A DNA stretch of 64,000 nucleotides from Fimbriosthenelais zetlandica (taxonomy: Eukaryota), in assembly GCA_977030845.1 (NCBI GenBank), contig OZ365111.1, positions 15,252,001-15,316,000 of the forward strand, written 5' to 3'. Of this stretch, positions 37,001 through 48,654 are shown piece by piece. Below the pieces are notes generated by a model. The model searched no databases. It had not been told where the DNA came from and worked only from the letters and a program-made list of their open reading frames with translations. A program made the translations under genes and the position numbers. How positions within the stretch are numbered: position 1 is the first letter of the stretch; every line of letters begins with the position of its first letter.

Positions 37001-40000
37001 ATTGTCTATGATACATATACAATTTATGCTCTTTTCGTACTTTGTAGAGTAAGCCCAGGTTGGAGTTTATTTCTGGCGGAGAGAAGGTGATGGAAGGCAC
37101 CCTGGATGTACCCAACTGCCATTTACAAGTATCCTCAGAAACCCAGCTCACCTTCCTCCTCAATGCTTCAAAACATCCGGTGGGCATGCACCAATTTCAT
37201 TTCATTTTTTACAATCTTCCTGTGAGTTAAAATTAGTTCATCTGATGTCAAATTTGTACATTATACTTTTACATGTGTTTTAATTTTGGGATCTTTCACA
37301 TTATGTCTTAGGGATCTTCAATAAAAATGGATTGGGAAGTTGGAATGCGACTAGAGGCGACAGACCGCTTGAATCCCAACCTTATCTGTGTGGCGACTGT
37401 CAGTGAGTTTATGGTTCTCCACCATCTGTTATGTTGTTCTTTTTTGAGCCCAAAGTATCATTTTTTGTGACATTCCTATATCAAAATTGTCAGTAATCAT
37501 CTTTGTAAATGAAACAGATGACAAAAAGATGAAAGATGGAGAAGTGTCAGAAATACTGATCCACTTTGATGGATGGACGAACCGGTATGACTTCTGGACA
37601 GAGCCCTCTGCTCATGATCTGCATCCTATTGGTTTTACCCGACAGAAAGGTAGCGAGATAGGTTACAGCAAACTGGAAGCCCCCAAAGGTGAGCACCATC
37701 TAGCAGAAAGTCCATACCTAACATTCAAAATGCCTATTAGTTGCAAACATGAAGTGAATCTTGTGTTCGGTACACTTTATTTCAGGATACAGTAGGGGTA
37801 GGTTTGATTGGAACACATACCTGAATGAGGTGCTCTGCCTGCCAGTGCCATACGACTTATTCAGTGAGGTAAGAAAAAATAGATGTTCAAACAACTAATG
37901 GCTGCAACAGTTGTCTATAAAAATTCACCGGTGCCATGCATGAGCGCGACCGCTTAAATGCTCTGCTCTGTTCCAACCATAATATTTTTGTTTTCTTGCC
38001 CAACAGGAACAAACCAAAGGCTGTGAACCCTTCATAGCAAACTATGACCAGACGCCTGATTATATAGAGGGACAGCAATACATGACTGCACTAAGAAAAT
38101 GCCGGAATGGCCTCAACCCCATTGGTAATTATATCATAAAATTCCCAAAATCCTGGATCCATTGGAGGGTGGTCTATTAGGCTCTCGCTAATCACTCTTA
38201 AACCATCCTTTGTCTTTGAACAGCTACCCTAAAGAAAGGTCTCAACCAAATGAAAAGCACTGATCTCAAATCGTTGGTTGATGAAACTTCACGGGAGACA
38301 AAGAAACATCCCTTCGTTATTCCCTTACCGAAAAACCTTTCTGTGGATGATTTGAAGTATCCGAAGATACCCAACTTTAAGGAGCAAACACTCAATGTCA
38401 TCTGTACAAATAATGGTAAGTTTCTGTGACGTCTTATACAAGCGCTTCTGATTAATTTTGGAACAAGAAAATTACATATAGCGAAAATTTTTGCAAACTC
38501 CTGTTGGAATACACGGTTATAAAAGCTGGGTACATGTATTTTTCTATAGTTCTACTTGTCTTCATTTAGGTTTTCTACATTTCATTGATATGGCTGGTAT
38601 GTCCATGGATGAGGCAGCTCTGGAGACTTTGAAAAATGGTAACACTGGTGCACTGTCAACAGCCTTGGGCAAACTAGTGACACAAGATGTGAGTCCCTCT
38701 TCAGTGTCACAGCAGGTAACAAATATGTAACTGATTAAGTGGAATGACGAAAACTCTTCATTCTTATTTCAGCATATCCTGCCTAAGAAGGTGAAGTCTC
38801 TCATAAAAGAAGCATCTGATATTCCTCTTGAACAGGTCAGCTTTCAGCTTTCTAGTCGTGTGACTTTCAAATTCAAAAGTCCATGATCTATATTAGAACA
38901 TAATTACATTACTTGTTTTCAGCTGGAGACGTTCATGAAGTCATTGTTATTAGACATGATTGTCGTCTTTGGGCATCGTCCACGCGATGACCATTCTAAG
39001 AGTAACAACTATGAACAGGTAATCTTTAAATACATAAACTGATCAACAATTGACTATACGATACAACAATTGAATGCAACTGAATAAAAATCTCCCTTGT
39101 TCAATACAGCTATGCAAGTCAACAGTTGACAGAGGCATGAGGGAACATGATCTGTCAGAGCACCTCAAGGTTGATGAAGACTCAATTTATTGGTGTACTC
39201 CCCACATGAATGCTGCACCTAGATCTGGTCTGACAGAGGTGCCTATGCAACAACTGGAAGACTACCACCATCTCACTACCTGTCTCAAACTCTCACATAA
39301 CTCAATCACAGAACTGCCTGAGAACTTCTTTGAGAATTTACCAGTCCTTCAAGTGTTGGACTTGTCAGAAAATCAAATTTCCAGTCTTCCTAGTTTTGCA
39401 GCTGCGAAACTATTACGGTATGTTTTATCTATTATGTATTTCCTAAATAGCCTGAACATGATCAAACTAAGGATAAATAAACAAAGTACAGATAGGTCTC
39501 TCAGGAATGGATATGATGATTTACCTCTGTTCTGTGTATATTAATATCCGTATTTGTTGCAATGCAGGGAGTTAAACTTGAGCAACAACAAGATCTCCAA
39601 TATCCCTGCTGATATCGCCAGTTGCCCTATACAGGAGTTGAATATCTCAGGGAATGCTCTTAGTGGAATTCCAGGACATGTGTTGGGGATAGGACAACTC
39701 CGATTTTTAGAAGCTGGCAATGTTGGTTTGACAAAGCTAGAAGATTCCATCAAGAAACTGAGCCTCCTAGAAGAGCTAAACATCCAAGGCCATTGTCTGG
39801 AGGTTTTACCGGCAGGTTTGGGTGAGCTGACCAACCTGAAGAAGCTGAACATCTCCGGTATACCATGGTTCAACCAAGACAACAACCGAGCTGTATTGAG
39901 CCGTCAGGCTTTTGATGATTTTATGAACTCTAACCCCATCACTGCAGAAATACCTGATAAGGTAATAAGATTAGATAGGCTACACTGTAGGAGAAATTTC

Positions 40001-41739
40001 ATGTCAGATTGCATCTGGATGTGTTAGTCTTAATGCACGACTTTGAGCAAAGCAAGGAATACTTAATCAAGTAAAATCTGTCCATCTGAAATTTCTTTTC
40101 TAATTTCAGGAGAAGAATACCTTGTTCAATGGTGAAGGTGTAGGTCAGCAAAGTACATTGGATTATAAAGGCATTGTCAAGCTGAACACTAATATCTTCA
40201 TGATGTTTCCAAGACTTGGCAACAACTCTGGAGACAGTGATGATGATCAAAGTGAAAAGACCGAAGGTAAGGCGCGGAAATAACTCCTCGCTCATTCTAA
40301 ACACCTAAACTATCATTCTTTCATTGAACAATATATTATTTCTTTGTAGGTGAAGACATTTTGGCTCCTCTTTTTGGCTTGACCAAGCTGACAGATCTGG
40401 TGATGAATTACCTTGGATTTAAGATAATTTCTGACAAGGTCTCCTCCCTGAAAGAACTACAGCACCTGGATGTGTCCCACAACCCTCGACTGGAAACCAT
40501 CAGTGCTGAAGTCGGAGTTTTAGCTAATGTAAATGGTATGATAGTGTAAAATTGTCTGCTCATTTCGGTTGATTAAAGAAACATAAGAGAGGACCAAGCG
40601 TTCTACCCTGCAGCACTCAATTCAAAATGTATTGAGTAGTTCTGTTCAGTTCTCTACATTGATATGCATAGTTTTACTCATTGTATACTGTCAGTTATAC
40701 TAGTTATCTCAGCTTCCCTTTGTACTACTCAAGCTTATGGAAAAAATTTCTTTGGCAACCATCAAAGGCTTTCTTAAAATCAATGAATGCTCCCTGATAC
40801 TTGGAGTCATAGAATATGGTTTAACAATTGTATTTTTTTCTTTTGTAGCATTACACCTGAAAGATTGCAATTCACTTAAAACACCACCAAAGGAAATAGT
40901 GAGGCGAGGGTATAAAGCCATTATGGGCTATCTACGGCGGCTCCAAATGGGCTCTGTGTCCTGTAAGCGAACAAAGCTAATGATGGTGGGCCTTGGAGGC
41001 GCAGGAAAAACAAGGTTATACTCTTGATATTGATTGAAAATATTTATAATTTACAACCCTGATACAACTTGCCCTTATACTTGTCCTTATATTTTTTCGA
41101 CAGCACGATGAAAGCCCTGATGTCTCACAAACACCAATCAGATGGGGATGCCTTTGTGACAGATGGTATTGACATTTTAACCTGGAAAGTCTGTTATGAC
41201 CAGTCCTCTGACAACAGTGTCACATACAGTGTATGGGATTTTGCTGGCCAAACTGTATACTACAACACACATCAGGTATTTAAAACTATCTTATCAAAAA
41301 CTGCATGGTACTGCATGAAAGTGTGTCCTGCATGGGGCATCAGTGCATTGTACTGTACTTAAAGTATTTAATGCTTGTAATTTTAACATGTATTTGCTTT
41401 TATTTCTCCAGTTCTTTTTATCAAATCGAGCCATCTATTTACTGATGTGGAATGTGAGATTGGGACATGAGCATGCTGGATTGGACTTCTGGCTTAGTTC
41501 TATCGCTTGCCATGCACCTAAAGCCCCCATCCTTGTGATAGGCACACATATAGATCAGGTAGAGAAGTTCTGGCTGCCATCTGAGGAAATACAGAAACGC
41601 TACCCCCAGATATGTGGCTTCTATTCCGTCAGTTCATATACTGGAGACGTAAGTAATGCACCTAGATGTATTCTAAATTGCCAAAAAATGACTTCAAAGT
41701 TGAATGGAAAAAAGCAGATTACAACCATACTGGAATCTG

Positions 41740-41770
<31 letters not shown>

Positions 41771-44700
41771 CCATTGGACCTTTTAAACTTTCTTAACAGG
41801 GGATAGACGGATTGGCCCAGGAGATATATAATGTGGCTCTGAAGGAGAAATATATGGGAGAGAAGATACCTCAAGCTTGGCTCAATTTGGAGGAATCCAT
41901 AGTAAGGTATGGTATACATTATTGGTGTATTTAAGAAGGGTTTGTGTTGCCTTCGCCGGTTGAAAAGTTAACGTTTAAACAATATTGCATCATAAATTAT
42001 GTATGTTTATTTGCAGGCGAAAGAGCGAGAAGTCTGAAAGTCTTCTAGAGTGGCAGGAGATAGAAGCCATTGCTGAGACTGTAGGCATTGTGGAGACCAC
42101 AGAGGTATGGTATATTCAAACACTTCAATTTCTGGCGGATTCCTATGTTTAAATTAGAAACGTTCGGATTTTTATTTGGCAGTATCCTATAATTAAATAA
42201 GAAACTGGCGGATTTTATTTCTTCTACAGGTGATGCAAGCCATCAGGTTTCTACATGACCTTGGAAGTATCCAGCATTTTGACAATGACTTCCTTAGGTC
42301 CAAAGTTGTCATCAACCCTCAGTGGATCGTCAATGTTATGTCATGCGTAGTCAGCGTCCATGAAAATGCCATCAAAGTAAGTTGAACTGGGAGTACTATC
42401 AGACCATAAGCTTGCAATTACTTCCTAGGTATAGTTTTCCTGGCCGCAACTATTACTTAGATTAAGTGCTGGGCTATCGAAGGGCAGCCCTATACTTTCA
42501 ATATATCGATTGCTGCCTCTCATAAGTAAAGTTTAACTGTCTTGGTTGTTGCTGCGACGATACCCCAATCAATACTATTTGATTTCTCCTTTTTTTGTTT
42601 ATTTCATTTGGATGAAGCTTTATTAAAATTATGGTGGCTCTGTTATCAGATCCTGTTGTTTTCTCAGCAACGTATCTTTGTTTTCATTTTGGTTTAATAT
42701 TTTACAGGATGGTAAGCTGCTACACAAGGACATTGCTGTGATCTGGAGGGACTATGACTCAAGCCTACATGAATGGCTGCTGAGACTGACTGAGGAATTT
42801 GATCTGACGTTCCCACTCCACAACGAAAAAGCCAACCTCGTGGCCTGCCTGCTTCAGGACAAGAAACCAGAAGTAAGAACTAGCTTCTGTGACGGAATGT
42901 GACAAAAATGATAAGAGCAATCTGTGGACAAAATTTAAATTTGTTTCCCCATATTTTCATTTTTAGTTTGCATGGCCAGATGTCAGCGATATACCTGGTC
43001 AACACGAGACGAAAATGATCTACAAATTTGATTACCTTCCTGCTGGCCTATTTAACAGAGCTCAGGTAATTCATATGTGTTTATATCTGTTTATTATACA
43101 GTGTATGAATATTTTTCGGGAGGTCCTCAGTTCATTTCCCCAAGCATTCTCCAAATTTCCCATTGACCTTCTCCACCCAGTACTGCTAACTGGGATATCA
43201 AATTCCAACCATGTCTCCCACTATATCATGAGAGGCCTATAAAAGTAGCCTACCATGCATTGTTGCCGTTTGAGAAGAGCAAAAACACTTCCTGCTATAA
43301 CCTACCTTCTCATTGAAAACTCTAAAGTCTTTATAAAATGGTTTTAATACTTTGTATACATAAAAGGTGAGGTTGCACCAGTATTCCGATAACGCCATCC
43401 TATGGAAGAAGGGATCAATACTCAATAAAACGGGTCACAAAGCCCTGATGACTCAGAAGGCGGGAGCCAGGGTGGAAGTCCGGGTACAAGGCCCCTGTCC
43501 TGAAAACTTCCTCTTCCTGGTGCACGAGGTTTATGAGACGCTCATCAGCGAGGCTTACAATGGAGTCTCCTACGACTTCCTCATCCCCTGCTCCGACTGC
43601 ATAAAAGCGGTAAGAAATATATGCGATTTAGGCCTACTTCCGTTACATAAACATTTATGATACATGAAATATGTTAAAACTCTATTATGGACTAACTCAC
43701 TGTGTCTATTTTGGTTATTTTCAGGGCACATATGATCCTTGCATGTTTGAAGCCTCCAAAATCCGACGTGCTACAGAACTAAAAGTGCCATTTTTACAGT
43801 GTGATAAATATTTCCACACCCTATCGCTGACAGAAATCCATGGTAAATAGGTCTACATATACATTCTGCATGCCTACCTATAAATTTAAAGCCTTTGCAT
43901 GTTGATGTTAGCCTGGTTATTTAAATTTAAGAATTTGATGAGACGTTTTAGGATTTTAACATTGCCAATATTTTCAGCCTCAATGCCTCCGGATTCCAGT
44001 TCTGATTTCGATGCACATCTAGAGCGGAGTATCCGGGACCTGAAGGACCTGAGGTCAGATATGGAGACTGACGTCTTCATGTTTTATTGTAATGATGACG
44101 TGCCACAAACCGGTGATGACAAAAAGATCGAGCCACGAACTGTCTACAATGACCTCCTCTCTGAGGGCTTTAAAGTGTAAGTTTAAATGAGATTTCTTTC
44201 ATAAAAGGTTCTTCTTAATTCAGCTCGTTCCGAACACCTGGGATTAATATTTTTTATGTTCTTTGACTTCAGGTGGTTTACTCCTGATCCCAAATCTGTT
44301 AACCTTAAGTCTATTGCAATGACAATGAAAAATTCAGGGGTGAGTATGACTTTTTCTCTTTGGAATAAACTGTTATAGCACCAATTTCAGAAGGTGGAAA
44401 ACCGAGTATAGGCATATAGGTGTGAAATATGTTATAAATGTAGCCTTTTATTCTCAACCTTTTTCCTTCTCTAGATGGTTTTAATTCTGGTGTCTGATAA
44501 GTTTGTTATGGACAATGACTGCTGCAATGTGTTTTACTATGCTAAACACACTCTACACAAGCGCCTACAGATTATCTCACTAGGTGGAAACCAGTGGCCA
44601 AAATCTGACATTGGACTCCAGATTGCCAGTGAGGTAGGCCTACTGAGTTTTTAATCCCATTATCTCTCCTTTTGAAATAGCATTGGAAGTTTCGCCTTTG

Positions 44701-47700
44701 TGAAGACCTTTGGTCTGTTTCGAAATTCCCAAAAGCCTGCAACAGTACCAGTATGCGATTGGCAATATTGTAACCAGCGGTTTCTTTTCAGGTTTATGTG
44801 AAAATGGACGATAAGAAGAGATACACACACAAGAAACCCGAACTGATAAAAGCTTTGGGCTCTAAGACTAAAGCTACAATGGTAGGTTGTTTGCTTATAC
44901 AATCTCACCAATGCAATTGAACTTTCCTGTTACCTCTTTTTTATCTGTAACCATTCCAAAGTTAACCAATACTCTAACTAATAACTTGATTAAATATAAT
45001 AAGTTTTGTATGTAATTTTTCAGACCGCCCAGCCTAAGTGCTTCTTTAGCTACTGTTGGAGTAACTCTCATGATGCCATCAAGAAGGGATCGAGGAAGGT
45101 GGAGGGAGCTCTGGGCTGGGGCGATCCAAGAGACTTCAAAGACTACATAGAGAAAGCTGGGGTCTCCTGCTGGATGGACATTGAACAAGTTGGACAAGTG
45201 AGTATAGCTTTCTCCTGGCCTTAACTAAAAGTTTCATTTTTTTGTGATGTAGCGATTCATCCTGGATGGTATTTTTTGGGTATTGTAGCCTATTTTCATT
45301 TCTCTTTGAACAGGGAGGCTTGTTCGAAGACATTGCGACTGGACTTCGACATGCCAAAGCAATTGTAGCTTGTGTATCAGACGAAGTAAGTCATATAATT
45401 ATTGATCAACACTTTGATTATTAACAGTGAATATTTGAGATATTTTCCTTTCCTGAATGTATGGAAGTGAAATTCTGATAAATAACCATTATGCTTTTGC
45501 CATTGTATTGCAGTATGCCAAGTCTAAAAACTGCCAAATGGAACTGAGATTTGCTGTAACGACATTGAGGTTACCCCTTGTTGTAGTGGTTGTGGGTACG
45601 GGGTATCAGTGGGAAGCTTCAGAGGTAAGTTGCTGGGGTATAAGCCCCTACCTTGAAGTAGCCATACCTCTGGTAGCTGTGGTAAAGACTATAAGCTGCA
45701 GCTTATTCCCAGATGCCTCTTTCTGTGCTGTCCACACTTGGATCCTTCTGAACGTAGTCACTCACTGAGCGAGTGCAACACGTCTTATTATATTAGCCGC
45801 ATTGGTGTATAAGCCGCAGGCTTATCTCAATTTCTCTTGGAATTACTTCTTTGAATTACGAGTTTTCTAATTAAGTGATTGGTTTGCTGATTTGAAGGTG
45901 GGAATGCTGACATTGGGGTCACCAAAAATCAACTGTCAGTATGAGAGTGCCTCGGCCAAGGATAGAATACTCAGCGCTGTCCAGGCTGTCCTGCCCAAAG
46001 ACGATCAGGAAGAAAGTCAAAGTTCACTAGAGAAAAAGAAGAATGATGAGCAACACCAAGCGTATCAGGTAGGCTTCAAAATGAATTACTGTGAAGTTCT
46101 CACAGAGGACCTCTGATTAGAACTATCGGTAACTGAACTGATGGTCAAAATGTCGATTAGTCAGACGCCATATATAACTGTCATATATCCGTCTACTGGA
46201 TTTTATCAGATGCTACATGAAAATATTTGCCACTGTCCATGCATTAACCCCAGCCTTATGTTTTTCATAGGAACTCCTTGAACTCGCCCAGAGAAAGTTC
46301 CTGAGACAGGTCAATGTTTATGCCAATGCCATGGATTGCCAACCTTATCCGCGTCTCTTCTTCCTGGACTTCGCTACAGAGAATGACAAAGTCAATGAAA
46401 GTCAAACCGCTACACAGTGCACTGGAGGTGATAAGGCGAGAGATGGGGAATGTGAGAACGCAATACAGTGCACAGAGGATGCCAAGGGTGATACCAAGGA
46501 AGACTTGTCTGATACCGATCTTCGTAGTGCCAAATATGTTGTCAGAATCCTATGTGAACATGAACAGGTAAAAAGGTCTTCATTTTGCACACTTGTCTGG
46601 GGTTTTCTATAGGTCCAGGTAATCCAGTGCACACAGGCTTATAAAATTTCCCCAATATGCATGTTTCTCCCAATGTGACTTCTATGTTGTGTTACTAATT
46701 GTTTTAGATATTTTTACCTGCAAATTATGACTTATGACTGATATTTTCAGTCTCGACGTATTGGTCCTATAATTGCCTTGTATCCACCATTGCCTTTGGA
46801 GCTTTTAACAGTGTTCATTGAGACTATTGTACATTATGGTTGTTATCTTTCTATAGGGATGGCATGTACCGGGTGCCAGCTTACCTCTACCTACCGTACC
46901 CGTGGGAGGGATAGAGGAGCAACTGGACACTATAGCACCATATGGTGCCAGAATTATGGCCATCCTCAGACATACTCCTCTGGACTTCTCAGTACTGAAC
47001 ACTGACAGAGGCGAGGCCCTCAGAGCTAAGTTTGAGGAGGTGAGAGCTTCTGCCGTATATTTTTGAGCGTGGATATTCGGAGATAATGGTACTTTATGAT
47101 CAGCCAGGATGTCCATTAATTTTAATAATTAACTTAGTTTAAAGAATTCGGGTCTGGATGCAGTTGATCACCAATTTAACGAAAGCGCCCATATCAGATA
47201 ACAGTTTTATTTTTGCGATGATGTTACAAGTAAGTAATTTATAAGTTGTAATCAAAATGTCCTTCAAAAATTCCTTTTGACTCATATACTTAACGTTTGG
47301 GTATATCCTATATGATTGTGGCAATTTTTTTGTTTTCTAGGGATGCTCTTTGGATACTGACTTCCAGCAGGAGTACAGCTATTTTCGCAATCTCCTGATC
47401 CAGTTAGACAAAACCAATACTATGGGCGGTCTCACCAAGTGCCATCTACCTAACGGTATGGTGGTTTGGTTGTGTGAGGAGCATCGTACAGCTGACCCAA
47501 GGATCTCTAAAGTCAGCGAGGGCAGCCGCTCAAGTGGACAAACAGAAATGGCCAGCATCAACCCTGATCAAATTACTAAAAGTAAGTGCCCTATTAGATC
47601 CATGGTTTACTGGGACATATTCAAAATAAATAATATATAGTGATCATTCAGGATAGGTCTGGACTGCTAGTAGTGACAACTGCACTTATCCAACAAAGTA

Positions 47701-47848
47701 GTTAAAGATATTTGTTTTTTTCCCAACAGGTCAGAAGCCCAAACTCCGTGGGAAATTCATTGGAGCTGGGGCTGCGGCTGCGGTTGCAGGGATTTATGAG
47801 CAAAACTCAGGGAAAAACCAACAGAGTGCAACATGCAATGTAATGTGA
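25096..47848 (+). CDS. Giant tandem-Roco protein (LRR-pseudoRoc-COR-MBT-LRR-Roc-COR-TIR-TIR-CaaX), 57 exons, ~2,920 aa
   Basis: Phase-consistent GT-AG exons: 25096-25226, 25427-25592, 26094-26150, 26315-26338, 26473-26500, 26688-26768, 27015-27079, 27231-27440, 27653-27890, 28441-28628, 28763-28873, 29238-29395, 29567-29852, 30001-30234, 30537-30740, 30959-31081, 34845-35043, 35362-35540, 35681-35726, 35816-35910, 36178-36389, 36673-36859, 37048-37179, 37312-37402, 37518-37688, 37786-37868, 38007-38124, 38224-38415, 38570-38715 (or -38688), 38773-38835, 38923-39018, 39110-39417, 39568-39961, 40110-40266, 40350-40535, 40849-41014, 41104-41275, 41412-41648, 41800-41906, 42017-42104, 42230-42376, 42708-42872, 42967-43065, 43367-43609, 43725-43842, 43978-44176, 44273-44339, 44475-44633, 44792-44881, 45024-45197, 45314-45385, 45514-45624, 45898-46068, 46271-46567, 46857-47039, 47341-47581, 47730-47848. 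These sum to 8784 nt in one open frame. The start (MKKAAPAKKGKKK) and the small 5-prime exons are the least certain parts. Confidence 0.8.
25631..25906. mobile_element. hAT-like MITE in a Roco intron
   Basis: Ends caggggcggatc / gatccgccactg form a 12-bp TIR with 1 mismatch. No clean TSD. Confidence 0.55.
27231..27890 (+). other. N-terminal cysteine-containing (F-box/AMN1-type) LRRs
   Basis: IILTGCSHITDHSLEIIVKLFPNLSKINIVGCKNITNRGL fits the LxxLxLxxCxxITD pattern. Confidence 0.8.
27909..28345. repeat. Degenerate (GGAT/GAAT/AGAT)n simple repeat
   Basis: Continuous atgg/atag/gaat-type units in the intron; complementary tracts occur near 24420-24530 and 26880-26930. Confidence 0.85.
28996..29122. 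repeat. Short degenerate minisatellite (~20-32 bp units)
   Basis: Recurrent tactactaagtaaaaatt...ttccata motif. Confidence 0.7.
30443..30512. mobile_element. pogo/Tigger-like MITE fragment
   Basis: Begins ta|ccgtatttgccggtgtataagccgca. The reverse-complement end ...tatacaccggcaaatacgg|ta occurs at 36541-36570, and another fragment lies near 45804. Confidence 0.6.
31130..34368. mobile_element. 3.2-kb non-autonomous DNA transposon with 35-bp perfect TIRs in the largest Roco intron
   Basis: actatatggtcagttctcacgagttagcttcaatg (31130-31164) and its reverse complement (34334-34368). Eight internal TCGCTCGGT(A/C)AC-type motifs; no intact transposase ORF. Confidence 0.8.
32395..32765. repeat. ~6 copies of a 64-68 bp tandem repeat inside the transposon
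   Basis: tgacaa anchors at 32395, 32463, 32527, 32593, 32657 and 32722. The minus strand reads ESNEDDMPLS-like, with frame slips between copies. Confidence 0.9.
34468..34596. mobile_element. 129-bp hairpin MITE, PIF/Harbinger-like
   Basis: ~60-bp near-perfect inverted arms agcctggattccacctatcag...gtagg / cctac...ggaatccaggct with a T-rich loop. Direct TTA target duplication at 34465-34467 and 34597-34599. Confidence 0.9.
36418..36570. mobile_element. pogo/Tigger-like MITE fragment (same family as 30443)
   Basis: ggtgtataagccgc ... ggtttatacaccggcaaatacggta. Confidence 0.6.
37312..37868 (+). other. Single MBT repeat
   Basis: WEVGMRLEATDRLNPNLICVATV...ILIHFDGWTNRYDFW...LHPIGF...FDWNTYL matches the L3MBTL-type MBT pattern. 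Confidence 0.92.
39110..40900 (+). other. Typical LRR solenoid preceding Roc
   Basis: LKLSHNSITELP, LDLSENQISSLP, LNLSNNKISNIP, LNISGNALSGIP and LDVSHNPRLETI, ending with the Roco cap motif LKTPPKEIVRRGYKAIMGYL. Confidence 0.95.
40960..43842 (+). other. Intact Roc GTPase plus COR (second Roco module)
   Basis: G1 GLGGAGKTS, G2 region TDGIDI, G3 WDFAGQTVYYNTHQFFLS, G4 IGTHID. COR motifs AIRFLHDLGSI, PQWI and FDYLPAGLF follow. Confidence 0.95.
44068..46010 (+). other. Two tandem TIR (TIR_2-like) domains
   Basis: TIR1: DVFMFYC...GFKVWF...VLILVSDKF. TIR2: KCFFSYCWSN...GVSCWMDIEQ...IVACVSDEYAKSKNCQMELRFA. Confidence 0.8.
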
Positions 47849-48654
47849 TTCTGTCAGTGGAATTCTGAAGGTATAACGCGTATGTTTTAAAGAACTGTGA
47901 TATAATTATATACATGTAGTTATTATGTGGCTGTCCCACACTCGCACATTGCCTCATCTTTTTGTGGGGTCGTGATATTCATCAGGTTTTGCAGCAGATG
48001 TGACAAAATAATATGTAGTAATGAACTTAGTAACGTGATACCTCATGCTCATTAGATCACAGTAGATTTAAGTATTATACTTCTTTAATGCATAGCTAAG
48101 CTGTGATCTATAGTTTATATTCATTGTTATATAATTGAGAAACCAGTCAGAGATCTTTATATAGTTATTTGTAGTTACATTTGTTTTAATTTCACAGGTG
48201 GCCCTCATATAGGATATTATTTAGGGCCATCATTATGTTATTCCTGTAACGTTTCCTGTGATATGTGCAATCAAACGATAATTTGGGGAAGAAAATAAAG
48301 GACTAAAAAAGAATTTGTTTTCAAACATAGAAAGCTCTACTTTTAACTAGTCTCAAGCAGAGTTTAAGAAGAACGAAACACTCAAAATTTATATTTAGGA
48401 TTTTATTGACATTTTGTACATATTCCTGTTAAAATATTATACTTTATATTTGCTAAAAGTCATGGAGTAATATCTTAATCTGGCAATTCAATATTTTACA
48501 GCATGAAAACTACAGACAAGAACTGCTCTTTATTTGTATTTGGTAAGGAAATTACATAATTTATATACTTTGTTAAGTTTTGACCTAGGTCATCGTTCTG
48601 TTGATTGTTAGAGTTTGTTGTTGGAGTTTTTTTTGTTGTGGTACTGGCAATGAC

